This document shows, one piece after another, positions 1-6,336 of a stretch of 38,759 bases of DNA. Location of the stretch: positions 1 to 38,759 of the IMG/VR virus record IMGVR_UViG_3300038956_000256; one strand, 5' to 3'. The first letter of the stretch is position 1. Every line of letters starts with the position of its first letter. The position numbers and the translations under genes are program-made. The notes under the pieces were generated by a model, which saw nothing but the letters and a program-made list of their open reading frames with translations, ran no database searches and was not told where the DNA came from. Source of the stretch: a virus.

Positions 1-1
1 C

Positions 2-148
2 GTAGGAAATCTAACTTCTAAGTATCGACAGATAGGAAATGCTGTCCCAGTAAAACTTGCAGAAGTAATAGGTAAGAAATTATATGAAATACTTGAAGAG
101 AAGTTAAATGCAAATGTTAAAGAATTAGAACAAAAAGTTGGTGAATGA
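2..148 (+). CDS. DNA (cytosine-5) methyltransferase, C-terminal end (5' part outside the window)
   Basis: Frame 2 reads VGNLTSKYRQIGNAVPVKLAEVIGKKLYEILEEK...; YRQIGNAVP is C5-MTase motif X; TGA at 146-148. Confidence 0.9.
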   Translation, partial: VGNLTSKYRQIGNAVPVKLAEVIGKKLYEILEEKLNANVKELEQKVGE

Positions 149-149
149 T

Positions 150-248
150 GTGAGTATTCAAACAGAGTTAGGCAAAGCGTTTGAATACGCTTGTTTACAA
201 TCTATTGACCGACCCGAAGGAACGGGGTCTTCTCGCCTTCTTAGATAA
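150..248 (+). pseudogene. 5' stub of a type II restriction endonuclease (HaeIII-like N-terminus), truncated after about 19 codons
   Basis: GTG at 150 after GGTGA RBS, directly downstream of the MTase; MSIQTELGKAFEYACLQSI resembles the G-K/R-A-F/Y-E-Y-A-C-L start of HaeIII-family enzymes; sequence becomes GC-rich and hairpin-like at about 207 and stops at 246-248. Confidence 0.55.
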
Positions 249-255
249 AAGAGTA
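205..255 (-). mobile_element. Probable IS200/IS605-family end remnant
   Basis: Minus strand reads TTATCTAAGAAGGCGAGAAGACCCCGTTCCTTCGGGTCGGTCAA: subterminal hairpin GACCCCG/CGGGTC followed by TCAA, located at the point where the endonuclease stub breaks off. Confidence 0.4.
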
Positions 256-374
256 GGTAGAAAGGTAAGGAAAACGTTACCAGGAGCCGGTTTAATATCG
301 ACGTGTTCCTGGCTATTTCTCGGGCTTCAAGGTATAAGAGCCTTAACAAAAAAGAGTTAGAGGCTTAGAGAGCC

Positions 375-803
375 TCAGAATAAGCCGTTTAAACGAAGCT
401 TCTTTAATATTTTTCGTTTCTGTACTTTATATGCGTGGTCGATTATATCAACGAAAATATGACAGTAAACAGGGAAAACCCCGCCCAGGGTCCACCAGCC
501 GAGATAATTGTAACTCAGGCAAAAATATGCGGCCCAGAATAATGGAGAGTGCCAGGTTTTCCTGTGCGTTGACAGTTTCCTTATTATCAATCCTAATGGT
601 CCCAAACGCTTAGAGGGTATCGAAAGCGTATCTATGTCTGGAGTTATAACGAGGGTGTGCAGCAGCCACCAGACCAGACATAAAATTATAGGCACGATCT
701 CGACGAAGCCTCCGTCGTATGCCATCACTAGAAAGACCAGGACGAGAGGCAGGGGGAGAAGGCAGAGGAATTTATGTGTATCATAATTCGGCATTTCCAC
801 CAC
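375..803 (-). CDS. Membrane metal-dependent hydrolase (DUF2227/YdjM-like); likely start ATG at 794
   Basis: TH...PDID...HR..WHS...H.FVD motif set with several hydrophobic segments. Confidence 0.7.
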   Translation of the reverse strand: MVEMPNYDTHKFLCLLPLPLVLVFLVMAYDGGFVEIVPIILCLVWWLLHTLVITPDIDTLSIPSKRLGPLGLIIRKLSTHRKTWHSPLFWAAYFCLSYNYLGWWTLGGVFPVYCHIFVDIIDHAYKVQKRKILKKLRLNGLF

Positions 804-933
804 GTGGTTCTTTCATTACAAGGCTCCTGTATTTTTTTAGCATGTGATTATTAGAACATTAACTATATAAATTATTACATATTTAAATAATTCATTTTAT
901 TTATTTAGTTGTTTAAAAGTTTACCCTGTTCAG

Positions 934-956
934 TGAAGATAGTAAGTTTTATATAT
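934..956 (+). promoter_or_regulatory. Repeated BRE/TATA promoter, copy 1
   Basis: TGAAGATAGTAAGTTTTATATAT upstream of the 992 ATG; same motif at 1899 and 2288. Confidence 0.85.
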
Positions 957-982
957 GTTGTGTGCCTTGTATATTATAGAGG

Positions 983-1636
983 TTGATTATTATGAAAAAA
1001 TATACTAAACAGTTCGGAACCAATGCAACAGCTAAATCGAGTCTAGAAAATATCTACCTGCAGTACGCAGGACGGTGTCCAGAAACAGGGATGTCATATT
1101 ACAGACTGAGTGGATTTGTTCCCAGAGAAACGTGGGGAATGATAGCAGAACACTTCGAGAGATTTGGCTTTGACGACGCAGATGGAGAGCTTTACGGCTG
1201 GCTCACAGCGCAGCCTGAAACCGTCGAGAAAATCCTCGGTGTAAAAGAGGAGCTTACCCTGGCCTATAGGAGAGAACAGGCAAAGAAGAGGAAAGAAAAG
1301 AAAGAGAAGAGAGCTAAGGAGCTACAGGAAAAAATTGACGACATTAAAAAAGCCTTCACAGAGGCTGAATACCCAGATCCGGAAAAAGAATCAGGATGTG
1401 AAAAAATAAGGGTGGAAGGGGAAAAAATCCAGAACCCCTTAAATCCCGAAAACCCATGGGGCGGCGGCGAATGGTGGGTAATACAGAAGGAGTGGATCTG
1501 GCATGTTCAAAATAACGGCTTCGACGGGGACGACTGGAGCCGTAACAACGTGCAGACAGGAGGAGCCGGCGCCGTTGGCGTAAGAGTTCCATTCAGTGAT
1601 GAGCTCGCCGCACAAATAAGGAGCTTGAAAAAATGA
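983..1636 (+). CDS. Hypothetical viral protein (likely start ATG 992)
   Basis: 217-aa ORF, GAGGT RBS, charged coiled coil and a W/G-rich C-terminal motif NNGFDGDDWSRNNVQTGGAGAVG. Confidence 0.8.
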   Translation: MIIMKKYTKQFGTNATAKSSLENIYLQYAGRCPETGMSYYRLSGFVPRETWGMIAEHFERFGFDDADGELYGWLTAQPETVEKILGVKEELTLAYRREQAKKRKEKKEKRAKELQEKIDDIKKAFTEAEYPDPEKESGCEKIRVEGEKIQNPLNPENPWGGGEWWVIQKEWIWHVQNNGFDGDDWSRNNVQTGGAGAVGVRVPFSDELAAQIRSLKK

Positions 1637-1872
1637 CAGCGCGGAAACAGAACACTCCTAAAAAATGGCCAAATCCAGGCACAGGACAAGGCAAAAACCC
1701 TAGAAAACTATGCCCAGAGTGCCTGAAACAGGGTAAAAAATACTATCTTAAAAAGTCAAGCACTCAATATACTTTAAATAAGAAGCGTAAGACATCTAAC
1801 GTCTTACTGTTCTGCATAAAGTGTAAATATGTAGAAAGAAACGAAGACGAAATTAAAAAGATTCCAGATTAA
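1633..1872 (+). CDS. Small zinc-ribbon protein
   Basis: CPEC...CIKC; ATGA overlap with the upstream stop. Confidence 0.75.
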   Translation: MTARKQNTPKKWPNPGTGQGKNPRKLCPECLKQGKKYYLKKSSTQYTLNKKRKTSNVLLFCIKCKYVERNEDEIKKIPD

Positions 1873-1898
1873 TTATTTTTTTATATTTACTTTCATCA

Positions 1899-1942
1899 CT
1901 GAAGATAGTAAGTTTTAAATACTTTGAAACCTATTACTATAT
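1899..1942 (+). promoter_or_regulatory. Repeated BRE/TATA promoter, copy 2
   Basis: CTGAAGATAGTAAGTTTTAAATACTTTGAAACCTATTACTATAT preceded by a T-rich terminator-like tract. Confidence 0.85.
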
Positions 1943-1986
1943 ACTAAGTAAAGGATTACAAACAAAATACACGGAGCCAAAAGACA

Positions 1987-2241
1987 ATGAAACAATCAAT
2001 GAAACAATCAATATGGAACTGGTATAACCAGAACAAATACGATCTGAAAACCAAAAACGTATTTTGTAACTTCAACGCAGGAACAATAACACTGAAATAC
2101 CCAAATGGGTTCACCTGGGAACTTCGGGCAGAAGATTTCCCGAATCGAAACGGGGAGTACGAGCAGGATGCTATACCTGGACCGTCACATCAGAGGATAC
2201 TAGAAGGGGACAGCCCGACTCATCAGAAGTGGCAGGAATGA
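1987..2241 (+). CDS. Hypothetical protein
   Basis: 84-aa ORF with its own promoter copy and GGAG RBS. Confidence 0.7.
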   Translation: MKQSMKQSIWNWYNQNKYDLKTKNVFCNFNAGTITLKYPNGFTWELRAEDFPNRNGEYEQDAIPGPSHQRILEGDSPTHQKWQE

Positions 2242-2287
2242 GCAGTTAAGTTAATTTCACTACCCTTATTTTTATTTACTATCTTCG

Positions 2288-2331
2288 CTGAAGATAGTAA
2301 GTTATATATACTTTGAAACCTAATAGTATAT
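2288..2331 (+). promoter_or_regulatory. Repeated BRE/TATA promoter, copy 3
   Basis: CTGAAGATAGTAAGTTATATATACTTTGAAACCTAATAGTATAT preceded by a T-rich tract. Confidence 0.85.
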
Positions 2332-2382
2332 TGTACAACCTAAGAGAAAACGATAATAACAAAGTAATTCGGAGGAAAAGAA

Positions 2383-2778
2383 ATGATACTCAATTTGACC
2401 CAACACACAGCTACCCAAGAACAGAAGGCTCAACTCGTTGTTGAGCCTAGAATGTGCAAAGATAAGATAAGGGAACTCCTCACATTTGAGGAGATCCCTA
2501 CGAAGGAAGAAATTGAAGCAAGAGCCTCAGAACTTGCGGAAATCGCAGTGTCTGAGGCAAATCATTATGCGGGCGAAACAGACAATAGAATCTGGATCAC
2601 CCGTGTAATGATTGGTGGCGCTCCGTATCTCATGGGGGCACTTGAGAAAGCACTCCGAGAATGCGGGTTTACCCCCGTGTATGCTTTCTCAAAAAGGGAA
2701 AGCGAGGAAATCCCACAGCCTGATGGGTCGGTGAAAAAAATACAGGTGTTCCGACACATCGGATTCGTGGAGGTCTGA
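2383..2778 (+). CDS. Csx20/Csx15-like Rossmann-fold protein, candidate cyclic-oligoadenylate ring nuclease
   Basis: N-terminal ILNLTQHTATQEQ and C-terminal MIGGAPYLM...G.TPVYAFSKRESEE...DGSVKKIQVFRHIGF resemble the Csx20 consensus as recalled (L.SH.LT.EQ ... PVY...KR.S.E...G.V.K...F.H..F); GGAGG RBS. Confidence 0.55.
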   Translation: MILNLTQHTATQEQKAQLVVEPRMCKDKIRELLTFEEIPTKEEIEARASELAEIAVSEANHYAGETDNRIWITRVMIGGAPYLMGALEKALRECGFTPVYAFSKRESEEIPQPDGSVKKIQVFRHIGFVEV

Positions 2779-2783
2779 TTACA

Positions 2784-2966
2784 GTGATGTCAATATTGCC
2801 CGTTGCAATTTCTACAGTGTACGGTAAGTGCCCATACATCCGCTCATGTGAGCGGATGTATGGAACTATGCGTTGTAACGGGGAAAAAAATAGCATCAAA
2901 AACTGTGGGTTGCTTGAATACTTTGTAAAGTATTCAAGAAAGGATTGTGAAATCTGGGAGGTATGA
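2784..2966 (+). CDS. Small Cys-rich protein
   Basis: CPYIRSC-x8-CN-x8-CG; GGAGGT RBS; coupled to the next ORF. Confidence 0.6.
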   Translation: MMSILPVAISTVYGKCPYIRSCERMYGTMRCNGEKNSIKNCGLLEYFVKYSRKDCEIWEV

Positions 2967-3406
2967 AAATGACCTCAAGACTCAACGCACTGGAGAACAG
3001 TTTTCCTCCAGAGATTCTAAATAACACATACAAAAAAATAGTAAATAAATTATTGTACGCAAGACTTCGTGAAATGGAAATCGAGGGTGCATCTGATAGA
3101 CAGATGTATTCTGAAGTATTCAAATATGTTAGCCCAAAAGAAATCCCCGCGTTTCCGGGGGGGCTGAATTATGTAGAACGTGGAGCATATTGCTTCAGGT
3201 TTGTCGCGAATAGAAAATACTATCGAAGCCCGTGCTTCGTAGTAGAGCCAGTTCCAGATGTAGATCAAGCGCTAAAAGAGATTAATATTAGATTTAATTA
3301 TGATCTCACATCAGAGGAATGTAAAAAAGCCAAACTTCTTGAAATAGAAGGGCTTCCATATGACAAAAAATATTTGCGCCCACCTCGGACAAAATGGACG
3401 TTGTGA
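2963..3406 (+). CDS. Hypothetical protein
   Basis: 147-aa ORF, GGAGGT RBS, ATGA overlap. Confidence 0.75.
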   Translation: MKMTSRLNALENSFPPEILNNTYKKIVNKLLYARLREMEIEGASDRQMYSEVFKYVSPKEIPAFPGGLNYVERGAYCFRFVANRKYYRSPCFVVEPVPDVDQALKEINIRFNYDLTSEECKKAKLLEIEGLPYDKKYLRPPRTKWTL

Positions 3407-3438
3407 ATCGCGCCTTGTGAAGTTAAGGGGGTTGAGTA

Positions 3439-3822
3439 ATGTCTGAAATCGAAATCCTCAACATGCATTATACTCCCTGCGTCCCTGACCTCTGCGTAAG
3501 AATTGACAGAAAATCAAAATGGGGAAATCCTTATAGAATGCGCTCGGAAAGTGAACGCATGCATGTAATCAGGAGATACGCCTACTATATTTTAGATAGT
3601 AAGTTACTAGATGATCTTCACGAACTTAAAGGTAAATGGCTTGCATGTTGGTGCTATCCAAAGCCCTGTCATGGTAACGTCTTGAAGTACCTCGCTGAAC
3701 ATCCTGAACTTGTCGGGATGTATCGAGGCGGGGCGATTTCGAGGGATGAAATAGTAAGGAGAATCTGGCAGGCGAACGGGTGGAAATGTGAGACAGTCGG
3801 GCAACAAATGACGGTATTTTAA
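3439..3822 (+). CDS. DUF4326 family protein
   Basis: IDRKSKWGNPY...LHELKGKWLACWCYPKPCHGNVL signature. Confidence 0.9.
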   Translation: MSEIEILNMHYTPCVPDLCVRIDRKSKWGNPYRMRSESERMHVIRRYAYYILDSKLLDDLHELKGKWLACWCYPKPCHGNVLKYLAEHPELVGMYRGGAISRDEIVRRIWQANGWKCETVGQQMTVF

Positions 3823-3920
3823 GAGGCGACTGGCTAAAGAAGACTTCTCCAACCACTTAAACTTATTTTCTTTTCACGAAAAGTAAAACGGACTTAACAC
3901 AAAGATAGGATGGAAACACA

Positions 3921-4265
3921 ATGACCTATGCAAATCTCCGCTTTGGCATATTTATAATTCTTCTGATTGTATCCACACATATAATATCCGACTCAATTCG
4001 CCCGCCTGAGCCTGAACTCCGTGATGAATTTAACGGAGTGTGTGTAGAGAAACATTCATTTACGCATGGCGGGGCTGAATATTACAGCGTTACGCTGCAA
4101 AATGAGGAGTTTCGCCTTCCGTGGTTAGTTACGGAAGAGCAATACAAAAACGCCGAAGTGGGTAAGAATTATAGATATCAGAGTTACTGGAAAAACGGGG
4201 AAACTGTATCATATCATTTAGACGAGGTAGATTATCCAGGACCGAGAAGAAAATATCAACTTTGA
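3921..4265 (+). CDS. Membrane-anchored hypothetical protein
   Basis: N-terminal hydrophobic helix followed by a small beta-rich domain. Confidence 0.7.
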   Translation: MTYANLRFGIFIILLIVSTHIISDSIRPPEPELRDEFNGVCVEKHSFTHGGAEYYSVTLQNEEFRLPWLVTEEQYKNAEVGKNYRYQSYWKNGETVSYHLDEVDYPGPRRKYQL

Positions 4266-4277
4266 TAAGGTGCTGAT

Positions 4278-4454
4278 ATGCAAGACGTTATGATAAGCGA
4301 ACTTCCTGCCGACGCTGGAGAATGTTACCGTTTAAATTGTTTCAACTGCTCTATTTTTCTAAGAGCTGCCGCCGGGGATTTTACTATCCAATGTTTCGAC
4401 CCATATAAAATGCGAGATCACGCTCTCCAATTTTATGAACAAATGTTTTATTAA
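4278..4454 (+). CDS. Small Cys-containing protein (58 aa, not in the ORF track)
   Basis: AAGGTG RBS, ATG 4278, MQDVMISELPADAGECYRLNCFNCSIFLR..., TAA 4452-4454; fills the gap in the operon. Confidence 0.6.
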   Translation: MQDVMISELPADAGECYRLNCFNCSIFLRAAAGDFTIQCFDPYKMRDHALQFYEQMFY

Positions 4455-4482
4455 ATTTAGTTTTATAGAGGAGGCTTATTAA

Positions 4483-4767
4483 ATGACCATGACAGTAAAA
4501 CAGTCTAACAGTTACGGCAAAAATTATTTAAGTTATGTTAATAAGAGTCTTTTACGATTCGATGTACTTTCCGCCGCCCTTGGGCTGTCTGGCTCTTATT
4601 ACTTATCAGTCGGGAATAACCTTCTAGCGCAGGTGTTTTTCTGCATGGCGAATCCAATATTAGCCGGGTTAGCATTGAAAAATAAATCTTATCCCTCAGC
4701 CCTTCTTTTCTCAGCTTACGAATATTTTGCTTTCGTGGGCGTATTAAAGTGCTTGGGGGTGGTCTAA
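4483..4767 (+). CDS. Small multi-pass membrane protein
   Basis: Three hydrophobic segments; GGAGG RBS. Confidence 0.7.
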   Translation: MTMTVKQSNSYGKNYLSYVNKSLLRFDVLSAALGLSGSYYLSVGNNLLAQVFFCMANPILAGLALKNKSYPSALLFSAYEYFAFVGVLKCLGVV

Positions 4768-4898
4768 GTGGCTTACATCGTTCCAGTGGGCCGAAAATTC
4801 CCTAAAACTGTTAGGGTTAAGCTGAGAATCTGGAGGCCGTGGCTTAAATGTTATTAACTACCGCTCAGAACTGATAACGATTTCAAGGGGTTTAACAT

Positions 4899-5234
4899 AT
4901 GCCTATCGACGAATGGGAAATACTAACAAACAATCCTTTTAAAGTGGGTTCTGATGAATGGTGTGATCGTTCATTTATAAATTCTCGAATTATAACTATA
5001 AACTTCGAGATAGAGCAAATGGAAGACACGATAAAAGATTATATGGAATACATCAATAGAGACATAGAGAAAGGGTGTTTTCCGAATCCCAGATGTAAAT
5101 ACGTTCAAGAAGACATTAACAGTTATCGAAAACAAGTGGCTAAATTAAAAGCGGAATTGAATGTATTAACTGCTGAAGGCCCGGATAAAGAGAAAATAGA
5201 AAGATATTGGGCGATACATAATAGGGGGTTATAA
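4899..5234 (+). CDS. Hypothetical coiled-coil protein
   Basis: 111-aa ORF, helical and charged. Confidence 0.7.
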   Translation: MPIDEWEILTNNPFKVGSDEWCDRSFINSRIITINFEIEQMEDTIKDYMEYINRDIEKGCFPNPRCKYVQEDINSYRKQVAKLKAELNVLTAEGPDKEKIERYWAIHNRGL

Positions 5235-5300
5235 CTTCCAAAAATCCTTATTAAACCCCTACGCAAATTTATAAACATGCAAGAAAAAGAACCTCAATAT

Positions 5301-5717
5301 TCATTTTAATAAATTGTCTCTGTATTTTTCATACTCTGTGAAGTCCGGGTTACTTCTCGCCAGGTAAACGTCTATAATGCTGCTGGCTTCGACTAAAAAA
5401 TCCCTGTATTCTGCGTTAAGCCTCCGGTCCTCCTGGCTCATGCCTGAGTCTCGGCTCGCTGCCAGCCATTTCTCCGTTATATACTGCTGAGTATTCTGGC
5501 ATTCTGCCCGGAAATATCCGACACTTGAATTATTATATGCCAGCTTTAGCGCCTGAATCTCGTTATCTACCTGTATAACGTTTGCTCTGATCTGATCCTC
5601 GAAGCTCTCCGCTTGGTCGACCTGCTGGACCTGTGCTGCTATGTGCTGCCCTCCAATGATCCCGCCTGCTAGGATCATAAGCAAAATAACTTTTAAGGGG
5701 GTAAATTCTAAATTCAT
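5301..5717 (-). CDS. Membrane-anchored or secreted helical protein at the distal end of the VirB4 region
   Basis: N-terminal hydrophobic segment; ATGA overlap with the upstream gene. Confidence 0.7.
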   Translation of the reverse strand: MNLEFTPLKVILLMILAGGIIGGQHIAAQVQQVDQAESFEDQIRANVIQVDNEIQALKLAYNNSSVGYFRAECQNTQQYITEKWLAASRDSGMSQEDRRLNAEYRDFLVEASSIIDVYLARSNPDFTEYEKYRDNLLK

Positions 5718-6121
5718 GCTCTCCTCACAAATACTTTAACATTCATACCTTTTTTATATTTTACGCAAATATCTCCGTTTCCGAAGACATTTAAGAGGTC
5801 TCCTGCGTTTTTCCCTCTCGATTGAAATACCTCTTCCCACTTGTTCGGCCCTGTTTTGGGTAATAATATAAGATTACATTTTTCCCTTATGTCTGCAGAC
5901 TCAGAAATAAAAACCCAGATATCTGAGTCGAGATAACGAAGAGGGAGATGTACCCGCCCTTTGTTGCCTATCGTGAGGATAGGGAAAGGGTCGTCCCATT
6001 CGTCCAGGTCTACGGCATGATACATACCACTTCCAACCCTTTCTTTTTTAGGTACATCTTCTTTCGTCTCTTCTCCATTCATAAAAACACAATCGCAGGA
6101 GACATTTAAAAAGTTATTCAT
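5714..6121 (-). CDS. Possible tandem AbrB-like (DUF2080-like) DNA-binding protein
   Basis: Two segments IGNKGRVHLPLRYLDSDIWVFI and FGNGDICVKYKKGMNVKVFV with an AbrB-like pattern. Confidence 0.45.
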   Translation of the reverse strand: MNNFLNVSCDCVFMNGEETKEDVPKKERVGSGMYHAVDLDEWDDPFPILTIGNKGRVHLPLRYLDSDIWVFISESADIREKCNLILLPKTGPNKWEEVFQSRGKNAGDLLNVFGNGDICVKYKKGMNVKVFVRRA

Positions 6122-6198
6122 CTTGGAAACCCTCGTTATTACAATTCATATCTTCTATAATAATAAGTAACACAATTTTATTTTTATAATCGCGTGGG

Positions 6199-6307
6199 TT
6201 TTAATCGTTCCCGACGGGCTTAAGCCCGGAGGGACTGTCCCGTTAGGGACAGTACCGCAAGGAGTTAAGCCGTCAGAGCGTCGCTTTCGGTAGAATTGAG
6301 GTTAAAA
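6199..6307. other. GC-rich extended hairpin element (structured RNA or ssDNA signal)
   Basis: Nested pairings TTTTAATC/GGTTAAAA, CGTTC/GAGCG, GACGG(G)CTTAA/TTAAGCCGTC, ACTGTCCC-GTTA-GGGACAGT. Confidence 0.7.
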
Positions 6308-6336
6308 TCAGGCGGATTTCCTGAATTCTGGTTTTC

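Noticed and set aside
6301-6311. GTTAAAATCAG resembles the start of a Methanosarcina CRISPR repeat as recalled
   Set aside because: Only 11 bp, single copy, no repeat-spacer structure; it is also one arm of the local hairpin
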